From Terrimicrobiaceae bacterium (lineage in GTDB: Bacteria > Verrucomicrobiota > Verrucomicrobiia > Chthoniobacterales > Terrimicrobiaceae), in NCBI GenBank assembly GCA_041738805.1, contig JBGSPC010000069.1, forward strand, positions 19,610 to 83,609: DNA of 64,000 bases. Reading direction: 5' to 3'. This document shows, in pieces, positions 10,257 to 20,437 of this stretch. A program made the translations under genes and the position numbers. The first letter of the stretch is position 1; the number at the start of each line of letters is the position of its first letter. Below the pieces are notes generated by a model. It was not told the origin of the DNA and searched no databases. It saw only the letters and a program-made list of their open reading frames with translations.

Positions 10257-11068
10257 TCACCCGCATAACCACCGGCCTCTCCGCGCTCACTCTGGCCAGC
10301 GCTCTTTGGGTCCTGCCCGCCGCAGCCGCAGAATCAGGTCCGCTCTCCGCAAAAGAAATTGCGAAGCACCTCAGTGCCTTGCAACAGGACGGGTCGTCCT
10401 ATGTCCGCCTCCGTCTCAATGTGGAGGAGCCCCCGGGGACCAAAAAAACCGGTCTTCAGATCCAGATCCAGCAACGACGCACTCCCTCTGCCACCGATGT
10501 GATCTATCAGATTCTGTGGCCAAAAGAACGGATGGGAGAAGCCGTGCTTCTAAAAAAAGCGGGTAACCAAGCTGCGACCGGAACGCATTTTGTTCCACCG
10601 GAAACCGTGAAATCCCTGAGTTCCCAAAATATGCAAGATCCACTCTTCGGGAGTGACCTGGCTTATGCGGATCTGATCGAGAATTTTTATGCGTGGGACT
10701 CACAGACACTCGAGGGCGAGGAAATGATCGGGAAAGTGAACTGCCAGATTCTTGAATCCAAACCGGGCAATGGCCAGAGTTCCATCTACACCAGTGTGCG
10801 CAGCTGGGTGGACACCGACCGGCTTGTTCCGCTCCGTGTGGAAAAATTTCAGGGTTCCGGCAAACCCGTCCGTCGCATTGTGACAACCCTTGTCACCAAG
10901 GAAGATAATGGCCAACACATCCCGGCCAACCTCGACGTTCAGGACCTGCGCAAAAACTCAACCACCGAACTCGAAGGTTCCCGCCTCAACACCAGCGTCA
11001 GTTATGAGGACCAGGATTTCACGGTGGAGGCGTTGAAAGAAATCAAAAAGCCCAAGGTTGCAGAGTAG
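10253..11068 (+). CDS. Secreted LolA-like (outer-membrane lipoprotein-sorting fold) protein, translationally coupled to the PKS
   Basis: The ATGA start/stop overlaps the PKS stop codon (10253-10256). It has an N-terminal signal peptide (MITRITTGLSALTLASALWVLPAAAAES). Its roughly 250-aa soluble domain resembles LolA-like / lipoprotein-sorting family proteins that accompany lipid-type PKS/FAS clusters. This is recognition by similarity only. Confidence 0.45.
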   Translation: MITRITTGLSALTLASALWVLPAAAAESGPLSAKEIAKHLSALQQDGSSYVRLRLNVEEPPGTKKTGLQIQIQQRRTPSATDVIYQILWPKERMGEAVLLKKAGNQAATGTHFVPPETVKSLSSQNMQDPLFGSDLAYADLIENFYAWDSQTLEGEEMIGKVNCQILESKPGNGQSSIYTSVRSWVDTDRLVPLRVEKFQGSGKPVRRIVTTLVTKEDNGQHIPANLDVQDLRKNSTTELEGSRLNTSVSYEDQDFTVEALKEIKKPKVAE

Positions 11069-11254
11069 GCGCCTTTGCAGGAGCAATATTCCGCTCTGTG
11101 TTGACGGATAACTCCTTCTCATCGTTGACGCCGGAAGCATCGACCAAAACAGAGGAGCTCAAGGCGAGTCCGTGCCCATTTTTGGAAGAGGTTGAAAACC
11201 ACGGTCGCTTCGCACAGGATGCGGTTGCGCATACCCGTCGCTCCTCTGCAATCC

Positions 11255-13237
11255 ATGACCCTCTCTCTCAACAAGCCCAAGCTCGACAATCTCGCCTCCG
11301 ACATCTGGAAATCCGCCGAGCGACTCCGTGGAAAGTTCAAGTCCTACGAATACCAGAGCGTCATCCTACCCATCATCGTCATTCGCCGATTGGAGTGTGT
11401 GCTCCTTGATTGGCGGAAGAAAAAATCAATCGAAGTGCTGAAAAAGCGGCCAAAGCTCACTGAGAAGGAACTCGCCAAGCTGGTCAAGGAATTGGAGTTG
11501 AACCCCAAGCAGTGCCCCTTCTCAAACACCACGGACTGGACGCTCCACTCGATCTATGCGGAAGACCACTCGCTACTGGAGGAGAACTTCCGCGCCTATA
11601 TCAATGGGTTCTCGAAGAATGTCGATGACATCATTGAGCACTTCAACTACCGCGCCACCATCGGCCTGATGGTGAAGAACAACCGGTTGGCTCCGATCCT
11701 GAATCAATACAAGGAACTCGCGTTCGGCCCCGACCAGCTCTCCGGGCTGGAGATGGGCTACGTTTACGAGGAATTGCTCCGGCGCTTCTCAGAACAAAGT
11801 GGTGACGAAGCCGGGGAGCACTTCACTCCGCGCGAAGTCGTCCGTCTGATGGTCGAGTTGCTGGATATTCCCATTCCGGACAAGCACCTCTCGATTTACG
11901 ACCCCGCCAGCGGTACGGGCGGCATGTTGTCGGTGACAAAGGAGCACCTGCTGGAGCGTGCCAACAAACCGGAGGAAAAGGCACGGGTGGAGAAATACGT
12001 CACAGTTCACGGGCAGGAGCTTTCCCCCACGAACTACGCGGTTTGTCAGGCCGACCTCCTCATCAAGAACGACCGGCAGGCCACCGTCCACCTCGGCAAC
12101 TCGCTCATCCCTCACGACAAGGATAGCAAAGAGCCAGGTGACCAGTGGCCGGAGCCGAAATGGCGCTTCAACCGGATGCTCAGCAACCCGCCCTTCGGTG
12201 TCACCTGGGGCGGTAAGGATGGCTACGAAAAAGAAGCCCGCAAGCTGGAGAAAACCCGCTACCGGGCCGGGATGCCGCGCGTGAATGATGGCGCGCTGCT
12301 CTTTTTGCAAACCATGCTGGCGAAGATGGCCCCGCCGGAAGAAGGCGGTAGCCGGATCGCCATCATCTTCAATGGCTCGCCCCTCTCGAATGGGGATTGC
12401 GGCTCCGGCGAGAGTGAGATTCGCCGCTGGATTTTGGAAAACGACTGGCTCGACGCCATTGTTATGCTGCCTGACCAGCTCTTCTACAACACCGGGATCT
12501 TCACCTATGTCTGGCTGCTGCGAAACGACAAGCCAGCCAGCCACAAAGGCCGTGTGATGCTCATCGATGCCCGCAAGCAATTTGAGAAAGAGCCGAAATC
12601 CTTTGGCAACAAGCGCCACCGCATCACCGATGCCCACCGCGCATGGATTGAGGAGCGTTACACCAAAGGTTGGGCGAAGGGCTATGCCGACGACCACGTC
12701 AAAATATTCCCGTGCGAGGACTTTGCCTATCACAAAGTCAGCGTCGTCTTCTGGCAGACGGATGAACACGACCAGCCCGCCACCATTACCGAGCCTTACG
12801 AAAGGGCCTTCACTGCCGCGAACGTGAAGAAAGAACAGGACTTCCACGAGAGCGACCTGACTTTCCGCGTGAGGGTGAAGGCCAAGAGCAAGGAGAAGAC
12901 CGTCGAGTTCACCGTCAAGGCAAAGGACAACGCCGCGAAGAAGTTCAAGGAGGCGCTGGCCGATGCTGACGAAACACTCTCCGTCGAATGGACGCACCGT
13001 CACTACGTGCAAGATGACGAATACATCCCGCACGGCGAGGACATCGAGGCGTTCCTAAAACGCGAAATCGCCAAACCGATCATCCGCTGGGCGGACGGCC
13101 CGCAGCTCGGCTACGAAATCCTGCCGAACAAATACTTCTATCGCTACCAACCGCCCACGCCTGCGAAGGACTTGCTGGCCGAGTTCTGGAAGCTGGAGAA
13201 GGACGCGGAGAAGATGCTGGAGGGTCTCGCCAAATGA
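11255..13237 (+). CDS. hsdM: Type I restriction-modification system methyltransferase subunit HsdM (N6-adenine)
   Basis: It has the typical HsdM N-terminus (LDNLASDIWKSAERLRGKFKSYEYQSVILPIIVIRRLECVL) and SAM-binding motif I (DPASGTGGML). The catalytic NPPF motif is present (LSNPPFGVTWGG). The ORF track start at 11192 extends upstream, and the internal ATG at 11255 fits HsdM alignment better. Confidence 0.9.
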   Translation: MTLSLNKPKLDNLASDIWKSAERLRGKFKSYEYQSVILPIIVIRRLECVLLDWRKKKSIEVLKKRPKLTEKELAKLVKELELNPKQCPFSNTTDWTLHSIYAEDHSLLEENFRAYINGFSKNVDDIIEHFNYRATIGLMVKNNRLAPILNQYKELAFGPDQLSGLEMGYVYEELLRRFSEQSGDEAGEHFTPREVVRLMVELLDIPIPDKHLSIYDPASGTGGMLSVTKEHLLERANKPEEKARVEKYVTVHGQELSPTNYAVCQADLLIKNDRQATVHLGNSLIPHDKDSKEPGDQWPEPKWRFNRMLSNPPFGVTWGGKDGYEKEARKLEKTRYRAGMPRVNDGALLFLQTMLAKMAPPEEGGSRIAIIFNGSPLSNGDCGSGESEIRRWILENDWLDAIVMLPDQLFYNTGIFTYVWLLRNDKPASHKGRVMLIDARKQFEKEPKSFGNKRHRITDAHRAWIEERYTKGWAKGYADDHVKIFPCEDFAYHKVSVVFWQTDEHDQPATITEPYERAFTAANVKKEQDFHESDLTFRVRVKAKSKEKTVEFTVKAKDNAAKKFKEALADADETLSVEWTHRHYVQDDEYIPHGEDIEAFLKREIAKPIIRWADGPQLGYEILPNKYFYRYQPPTPAKDLLAEFWKLEKDAEKMLEGLAK

Positions 13238-14361
13238 AAAAGACTACAGATGCCACTCTGGCGATTAGCGCCGACTACCGCCAGTTCATCGAAGAACTGA
13301 AGGCGCGCGTGGTTTCTGCACGCATCTCTGCCGCCCGGGCCATCACTCACGAGGCTATCCTTCTCTACTGGGACATCGGACAAGGGATCGTGGAAAGACA
13401 GCAGTCTCACGGCTGGGGGGATGCTGTCGTCGAAATGGTTGCTGCGGATCTGCGGGAGGCATTTCCAGGGGCAAAAGGCTTCTCTCCACAGAACGTCTGG
13501 CGCATGCAGCAGTTCTATCTCGTTCATAATCAGCAAGAATTTCTCGCACAACTTGTGCGAGAAATGGAGAAGGATGGTAAAAAGGCACCAACTCCTGAAA
13601 ATCTCTCACAGGTTGTGAGAGAAATGGTTTCGCTCGTTCCGTGGGGACACCATGTCAATGCCCTCACCCGAGTTACCGACCCTGCCGCCCGGCTCTGGTA
13701 TCTCCGTGCCACCGCCCGCTTCGGTTGGTCGCGCAATGTGCTGCTCAATCAGATCAAGGCCGGGGCCTACGAACGTGCCGTGACGGAGAAGAAGACGCAT
13801 AACTTCGATCTCGCCCTGCCGGAACACTTCGCGGAGCAGGCGGACGAGATGCTCAAGAGTTCCTACAACCTCGAATTTCTCGGCATCCGCCGCGCTGTGC
13901 GTGAACGCGAACTCGAAGACCGGCTCATCTCCCGCCTGCAAGCATTTCTTCTCGAACTGGGCTATGGCTTCTGCTTCGTCGGACGGCAGCACCGCATCGC
14001 ACTGGGCAGGAAAGAGTATTTTATCGATCTGCTCTTTTATCACCGCTTCCTCAAGGCCCTCGTCGCCTTCGATCTCAAGGTCGGCCCTTTCGAGCCGGAA
14101 TTCGCGGGCAAGATGGATTTTTACCTGAATCTCCTCAACGACAAGGAACGCGGCCCCGACGACCAGCCTTCCATCGGCATCATCCTCTGCGCGGAAAAGG
14201 ATGACGTGGAGGTCGAGTATGCCCTGCGCTCAAAGGCCAATCCCATTGGCGTCGCCGCTTACGAATTGCAGTCGAAACTGCCAGGCGAGTTGAAGGGCAA
14301 ACTGCCGACGGCAAAACAGCTAGCGGATATGGTGCGGGGGGAAATGGAGGGGGGGAAATGA
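13234..14361 (+). CDS. YhcG-like DUF1016 / PD-(D/E)xK nuclease-family protein embedded between hsdM and hsdS
   Basis: It overlaps the hsdM stop by 4 nt (ATGA). The N-terminal domain (ISAARAITHEAILLYWDIGQGIVERQQ...WGDAVVEMVAADLREAFPGAKGFSPQNVWRMQQFY) is characteristic of the YhcG/DUF1016 family. The C-terminal region carries a PD-(D/E)xK-like core (FIDLLFYHRFLKALVAFDLKVG). This family is commonly found inside type I RM loci. Confidence 0.75.
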   Translation: MKKTTDATLAISADYRQFIEELKARVVSARISAARAITHEAILLYWDIGQGIVERQQSHGWGDAVVEMVAADLREAFPGAKGFSPQNVWRMQQFYLVHNQQEFLAQLVREMEKDGKKAPTPENLSQVVREMVSLVPWGHHVNALTRVTDPAARLWYLRATARFGWSRNVLLNQIKAGAYERAVTEKKTHNFDLALPEHFAEQADEMLKSSYNLEFLGIRRAVRERELEDRLISRLQAFLLELGYGFCFVGRQHRIALGRKEYFIDLLFYHRFLKALVAFDLKVGPFEPEFAGKMDFYLNLLNDKERGPDDQPSIGIILCAEKDDVEVEYALRSKANPIGVAAYELQSKLPGELKGKLPTAKQLADMVRGEMEGGK

Positions 14362-15686
14362 ACGACACCCTCGCAGCACAATCGCTGTGGCCTGTTGCCC
14401 GGATCAAAGATCATGTATCGAAGATCGGGAGCGGTGTCACGCCATCCGGCGGCGCTGCGTCGTATCTCGATGCCGGTGTTCCTTTGTTGCGAAGTCAGAA
14501 CGTGCATTTTGATGGATTGCGGCTTGATGACGTAGCGTTCATCGCTGCCGAAACTCATGATGAGATGAGCGGCACTAAATTAAAGGCGCGTGATGTGCTG
14601 CTGAACATTACTGGAGCTTCCATCGGTCGTTGCGCTTTTGTGCCCGACAGTTTTGGCGAAGGGAACGTCAACCAGCATGTGTGCATCATTCGCCCGACGG
14701 CGAGACTTGATCACAGGTTCCTGACCTACTGCCTGTCTGCTCATTGGGGACAGGACCAAGTCTTTTCCAGTTTCACCGGAGCTTCGCGGCAGGGCTTGGG
14801 CCAGCGCGATCTCGGCGCGATTCAAGTGCCGCTTCCCCCGCTGCCACAGCAACAGCGCATCGCGGCGTATCTGGACGCAAGTTGCGCGGCGATTGACGCG
14901 GCGGTAGCCGCCAAACGCCGCCAACTCGAAACCCTGAATGATCTTCGCTCTTCAATCATCTGCCGCGCTGTCACACACGGGTTGAACCCTAAAGTGGCAT
15001 TGAAATCTTCCGGGATGGACTGGAGCCCAGAGGTTCCCGCCCACTGGCAAGTCCGGCAGATCAAACGCCTGTGCAGTTTAGTTCGCGGCCAGTTTACTCA
15101 TAGGCCAAGAAACGACCCGGCCCTCTACGACGGCCCGTATCCATTTATCCAGACCGGCGACATCACAGCCGCAGGGAAATATATCCGCACCCATTCCCAG
15201 ACGCTCAACGAGCTCGGGTTGAGCGCGAGCAAGCAATTTCCCCGTGGCACTCTCGTCATGTCCATCGCAGCCAACATCGGGGACGTAGCCATCCTCGATT
15301 TTGAAGCCTGTTTCCCGGACAGCATGATTGGGATGATTCCCGGCCACAAAACCAATCTCGATTTCCTTTATTACCTCATGCGCTCCATGCGGGGCATCAT
15401 GCTGCGTTCTGCTGTTCAGAGCACGCAGCTCAATCTGAACTACGTCCGCATCGGGACGAACTTCGCGCCTGTCCCCCCGCTGACGGAGCAAAAGGCCATT
15501 GCGGAATACCTCGATGCGAAAGAGCATGAATCGCAGTTGATTTGCACCACCATCCAATCCCAAATCGCCACCCTCACCGCCTACCGCAAATCGCTAATCC
15601 ACGAATGCGTCACCGGCCAGCGGCGGGTTACGGAAGCGGACGTGCGTGCAATTCGGGAGAAAATCCCTACAATGGCCAAAGCATAA
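14358..15686 (+). CDS. hsdS: Type I restriction-modification specificity subunit HsdS (two target recognition domains)
   Basis: It overlaps the upstream stop by 4 nt. Two variable TRD halves are each followed by the conserved HsdS spacer motif (LPPLPQQQRIAAYLDASCAAIDAAV and PPLTEQKAIAEYLDAKEHESQ). Confidence 0.85.
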   Translation: MNDTLAAQSLWPVARIKDHVSKIGSGVTPSGGAASYLDAGVPLLRSQNVHFDGLRLDDVAFIAAETHDEMSGTKLKARDVLLNITGASIGRCAFVPDSFGEGNVNQHVCIIRPTARLDHRFLTYCLSAHWGQDQVFSSFTGASRQGLGQRDLGAIQVPLPPLPQQQRIAAYLDASCAAIDAAVAAKRRQLETLNDLRSSIICRAVTHGLNPKVALKSSGMDWSPEVPAHWQVRQIKRLCSLVRGQFTHRPRNDPALYDGPYPFIQTGDITAAGKYIRTHSQTLNELGLSASKQFPRGTLVMSIAANIGDVAILDFEACFPDSMIGMIPGHKTNLDFLYYLMRSMRGIMLRSAVQSTQLNLNYVRIGTNFAPVPPLTEQKAIAEYLDAKEHESQLICTTIQSQIATLTAYRKSLIHECVTGQRRVTEADVRAIREKIPTMAKA

Positions 15687-15695
15687 GGCTGAACC

Positions 15696-16805
15696 ATGCC
15701 CGAATTGGATTACATCACTGTCAAAGGATTCAAGAGTATCGCTTCCATCGATAAGTTGAAGCTCGGGGCAATCAACGTCGTCATTGGTCCGAATGGTTCG
15801 GGAAAATCGAACTTCATTGGAGTGTTTTCCTTCCTGCACGCCATCCGTGAGGGGCATCTTCAGGAATATGTTCTCAAAGCTGGAGGTGCAGAAAAGGTGC
15901 TTCATTTTGGATCGAAAGCCACAAAGAACATCCATTTGCATATCTCGTTCCGTGACGGCGTGAATCAGTATGAATTGGATTTGACGCCAACAGCCGGGGA
16001 TGAACTGGTTCCCGTCGCTGAGTGGGTCTATTTTTGGAACAAGGCCCAATATCCTGATGGTCCTACAGGTCGGGGGGTCAACCGCATTGGCAAAGAAGCA
16101 GGGATCAGCGCTCCCAAAGGCCAGCCAATTGCCGCCTACGTTCGCAATCATTTGGATAGCTGGCGGCTATACCATGTCCATGACACAAGCAGCAGTTCGC
16201 CCATGAAAAAGACGGCGGATGTGAACGACAACCGTTATCTGCGCCCCGATGGATCCAACATTGCTCCCTTTCTTTATTATCTGCGAGAAAAGCATGAGAC
16301 CGCCTACAGCCTGATTCGTCGTACGGTTCAGCGAGTTGCCCCATTTTTTGATGATTTCCAGTTGGAGCCGCAAAAACTCAATCCGGACAAAATTCTGTTG
16401 GAGTGGAAACACAAGGGCTCGGATGCGTATTTCGATGCCTCGTCGCTGTCGGACGGCTCCTTGCGGTTTATTGTTTTGGCGACACTTTTCCTCCAGCCCG
16501 AGTCCTATCGTCCCTCGGTCATCCTTGTGGATGAGCCCGAGCTCGGACTGCATCCCTATGCAATCACGATGCTGGCCTCTCTTGTGAAGCAGGCCTCCAC
16601 AAAGACGCAGGTCATCATTTCCACCCAATCCCCGCTGTTACTTGATCACTTTCAACCCGAGGATGTGCTGGTGGCGGATCGTGTGGGCGGCGGCACTCAG
16701 TTCACCCGACTGGAACCTGGCAAACTGAGCGGCTGGCTGGAGGACTACAGCTTGGGCCAACTCTGGGAGAAGAACGAGTTTGGGGGAAGGCCAACCCCGG
16801 AATAG
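15696..16805 (+). CDS. ABC/OLD-type AAA ATPase (AAA_15/AAA_21-like), first gene of a two-gene ATPase+TOPRIM module
   Basis: Walker A is at the N-terminus (VVIGPNGSGKSNFIGV), right after a KGFKSI..L start typical of OLD/RecF/SMC-like ATPases. A signature-like motif (SSLSDGSLRF) and Walker B / D-loop (ILVDEPELGLHP) follow, then a late His-loop region (VIISTQSP). It begins 9 nt after the hsdS stop. Confidence 0.8.
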   Translation: MPELDYITVKGFKSIASIDKLKLGAINVVIGPNGSGKSNFIGVFSFLHAIREGHLQEYVLKAGGAEKVLHFGSKATKNIHLHISFRDGVNQYELDLTPTAGDELVPVAEWVYFWNKAQYPDGPTGRGVNRIGKEAGISAPKGQPIAAYVRNHLDSWRLYHVHDTSSSSPMKKTADVNDNRYLRPDGSNIAPFLYYLREKHETAYSLIRRTVQRVAPFFDDFQLEPQKLNPDKILLEWKHKGSDAYFDASSLSDGSLRFIVLATLFLQPESYRPSVILVDEPELGLHPYAITMLASLVKQASTKTQVIISTQSPLLLDHFQPEDVLVADRVGGGTQFTRLEPGKLSGWLEDYSLGQLWEKNEFGGRPTPE

Positions 16806-16810
16806 GACCC

Positions 16811-17503
16811 ATGGCGCGCCTGTTCATCCATGTCGAAGGAGAGACGGAGGAAACGTTTGTGAACGTGGTGCTGGCCCCGCATCTTTACAGGCTTGGCTAT
16901 CAGAAAGTGAGTGCCCGCCTCCTAGGCAATTCGCGTAATCGGGATCGAAGGGGAGGGATTCGGAGTTGGGCTTCCGTTCGGGCAGACATCATCAACCACT
17001 TGAAGGAAGACCGCGAGTGCCTTGCCACAACCATGGTGGATTACTACGCATTGCCCAGAGAGGGACATGCAGCCTGGCCCGGACGCTTGGAAGCAGCATC
17101 CAGACCATTCCCCGAAAAGGCAACCCAGGTTCAGGCCGCATTGCTGGCGGATATTGCTGCCGAACTCGGTGACGAATTCAATCCTCGTCGATTCGTCCCC
17201 TACGTGATGATGCATGAATTTGAGGGATTGCTCTTCAGCGACTGCCAGCGATTTGCTGATGGAATCGGACGTCCGGAGCTGGCGACCAAATTTCAAGCGA
17301 TCCGGGATGCCTTTTCCTCCCCGGAGGAAATCAATGACAGCCCGATTACCGCGCCTTCCAAGCGTGTGGAGGCGCTCGTAGCCGGATATCAAAAGCCGCT
17401 GCTCGGTGCTCTGGCCGTGCTGGAAATTGGCTTGGACAAGATCGTGCAGGAGTGCCCGCATTTTCGGGCATGGGTGGAACAACTCGAAAACTGGGTGAGG
17501 TAA
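16811..17503 (+). CDS. DUF4276-like protein with TOPRIM-type N-terminal motif; partner of the upstream ATPase (candidate split OLD-family nuclease)
   Basis: This 230-aa protein begins 5 nt after the ATPase stop. Its N-terminus (LFIHVEGETEETFV) matches the TOPRIM conserved-glutamate strand seen in OLD-family, AriB and DUF4276 proteins. Its size and position fit the AAA_21+DUF4276 gene pairs found inside type I RM loci. The family assignment is from memory and was not computed. Confidence 0.55.
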   Translation: MARLFIHVEGETEETFVNVVLAPHLYRLGYQKVSARLLGNSRNRDRRGGIRSWASVRADIINHLKEDRECLATTMVDYYALPREGHAAWPGRLEAASRPFPEKATQVQAALLADIAAELGDEFNPRRFVPYVMMHEFEGLLFSDCQRFADGIGRPELATKFQAIRDAFSSPEEINDSPITAPSKRVEALVAGYQKPLLGALAVLEIGLDKIVQECPHFRAWVEQLENWVR

Positions 17504-20433
17504 TGGCTAGAAAGAAAAAAGCCCCGGAGCTGACGTTTCAGCAGCACATCGCGGATTACCTCATCCGCGAGCACGAGTATGGCAAGTTGGAGCAGGCCGA
17601 CATCACGGATACCGAGCACTTCATCGCCGAAGACCAGCTCTGGGCCTTCCTCAAAGCCACACAGGCCGACGCGCTGAAAAAGCTTACGGACGATTACGGC
17701 ACGGACGCAGGCGAGGAAGTCTTCAAGGCTCTGCGCAAGGAACTGGAACACACGCCGCTGTGGATGTTGTTCCGTCAGGGCTTGCCAGTACGCGGGTTGG
17801 AGTTCCGTCTTTTTTATCCCAAGCCGCGTTCCGCCGCGAGTGTCGCAGCCGCCAAATACACCGAGAACCGCATCACGTTCCGCCCGCATTTCATCTTCGG
17901 CGACGTAAACCATGAGATTGATTTCGTTTTCTATCTAAACGGTCTGCCCATCGTTGCTCTGGAACTGAAGCACGAAGCCAACCAGAACGTGCATGATGCG
18001 GTGTCGCAATTCACGAAACGAGACCACACCCACAAGATTTTCCAGCATCCGTTCCTCTACCTCGCCGCCGACACCAGCGACGCGATGGCCGCCACCGACC
18101 CGCGCAAGGAGGAGAACTTCCGCTGGCACAACATGGGGCTAAAGAATGAGCAAATCACGCCCAACCAGAATGAGTGTCCGGTTGAGTTCCTTTACCGAGA
18201 AGTGCTGTCGCAGGACCAGTTGTTGGAGGCGTTGTCATTCTTCCTTGTGCGCGTGCCCGAGCGTGAAGCCGAGGACGACAAACCCGCGCGCCCGGCGTCC
18301 ACAATCTTCCCGCGTTATCATCAGAGCCGTCTCGTGAGGAAGGTTGCAGAGGACATCACCGCCCACTTCACTGAGGCGGGTGACATCGGCAAAAAGTATC
18401 TGGCCGACCATTCGGCCGGCAGTGGCAAGACGCTCTCGATCTGCTGGCTGGCCGACCGTCTGCACAGCCTCTTCAAGCCCGGCACGAATGAGAAGCTGGT
18501 CGATATCTCGTTCATCCTCACCGACCGCAAATCCCTCGATACAAACATCCGCGAGGACATCGACAAATTCAGTCACCTTACGAACGTGGTGGGCATCGCA
18601 AAGCATTCATCCGATCTGCTGCGTTTCCTTCAGCAGCGAAAATCCATCATCGTCACAACACAGCAGAAGCTGGCCTATCTGCTTGAGGAACTGCAAAAGA
18701 ATTCGGAGCTGAAAAAGCTGCGCGTGGCCTTCCTGATTGATGAAGCCCATCGGTCGCAGGAAGGCCAGATGGGCGCAGCCATCCGGCTGCCATTCCGCAA
18801 AGAAGGCGAGCCAGACGAAGAAGATGCACCCGAGGAGGATCTCGAAGAGCAGATTGCCAAGGTCATTCGTGAGCATGACCTTAATCAGTTATTCGTCGCC
18901 TTCACGGCGACACCGTCCCCGGCCACGGTATCAATGTTTGGCAAGCCCTTTGACAGCTACACCGAGGCGGAGGCCATCGCGGAGGGCTACATCGTCGATG
19001 TGGCGGCGAGCATCATTTCCTACAAGACGCTCTACAACCTGCATTGCCCTATCGTTCCGCTGCCGCACGAAGAGAAGCTCTACCCCAGGGGTGTTGTGTC
19101 CAAGGCGCTCCAGAATGTGGCGTTTCAGGATGATGGCCTGATCCAATACAAGGCCGAGGTTATGCTCCGTCTTTTCGAAAAGGACGTGAAGCCTCTCATC
19201 GGCGGACGCGCCAAGGCAATGATTGTCACGTCTTCGCGCGTGGCCGGGCTGCGGTATTTCAACATCATCAAAGAGAAACTCAAAGAACGCGGTGCCGACT
19301 ACAAGGTGCTGTATGCGTTCTCGGATTTTGTCCACCCGGAGACGAACGCCGCCATCAGCGAATACGCTGTGAATGAATTGCAGGATGGCGAGTTGATCGA
19401 AAACCGATTTGAGGGCGATGACTACCGGATCATGGTCGTGGCGAACAAATTTCAGACCGGCTTCGACCAACCCTTGCTCGCGGGTATGTTCCTCGACAAG
19501 CCAGTGCTGGATCGCAACGCGGTGCAGACGGTCTCGCGCCTGAATCGGTGCCACCATGGGAAGAAAGACGTGGTCGTCGTGGACTTCACCAACAATGCCA
19601 AACAAATCCTCAAGGCCTTTGCGAAGTATCGGAAAGGCACGCCGTTCGAGCCTGAGGAGCCGGACGAGGGAACCTGCCTGAAACTGCACGCAGAAATTCT
19701 CGCTGCTGGGGTCTTCACCCAGAAGGACGCTGCCAATATGCTTGCGCTTCTCAGGAGCGGGACGGATGCGCAGGTGCAATTCCAAGTGAATGCCCTGCGG
19801 ACTCGCTTTCATGCGAAGTTCACCGACTGGCAAAACCGCAAGGCGTTCGTCTATTTGCTGGCCCGCTTCGTGAAGAGTTACCATTTCCTCACATGCTTCT
19901 TCACCTACCCGGCGGCGATTCAGGATTTTGCCATCTTCGCAGAGTGGGTCGGCCCGCAGCTTATCAAAGCCGGAACCGTCTCGGACCTGATGAAGCAGAT
20001 CCGCGCCACCGTGGTCACCAAGGCCGCGGTTCAATATCAAGGAGTGATGACCAGCGGCGGCCCGGTGAAGCTCCAGCCGGGGAAAGGCAAAGGCGGTGCA
20101 GGCCCGGTGCCAGTGAAGACCACCGTCCAGGACATGATCGCCGACATTCAAACGAAGTTTCAGATCACGGACGAAGAAGCCCTCTACATCAAACAGGTGA
20201 CCGAAGAAAAGATCGCCGATCCGGGTATCCGCACCACCGTCCACGCACACCGGAGCAACCACATTTACCTCGAAGGTCCGTATCGCGGACAGGTTAACGG
20301 TGACATTCAAACAACCTACGATGCTCGCGGCCGCTACGATGAACTCGCCGACCCGAAATACACTGATACCGGCGGCATCTTTGACATTATGGCTGTGACT
20401 GTCATCCAAACACATCTGGCGCTCGCTGCCTGA
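17504..20433 (+). CDS. hsdR: Type I restriction enzyme endonuclease subunit HsdR
   Basis: The start is at MARKKKAPELTFQQHIADYL, immediately after the TAA of the previous gene, with a GGTGAGG RBS. An N-terminal PD-(D/E)xK nuclease motif is present (IDFVFYLNGLPIVALELKHE). Helicase motif I is GSGKT (HSAGSGKTLSI) and the DEAH box is FLIDEAHRSQ. The downstream helicase C-terminal region includes QTVSRLNR. Confidence 0.9.
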
Positions 20434-20437
20434 AGCC

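Noticed and set aside
11789-13033. 414-aa minus-strand ORF inside hsdM
   Set aside because: It is antisense to a well-supported HsdM coding sequence. Its translation is V/G/L/R-rich and non-protein-like, a typical high-GC shadow ORF.
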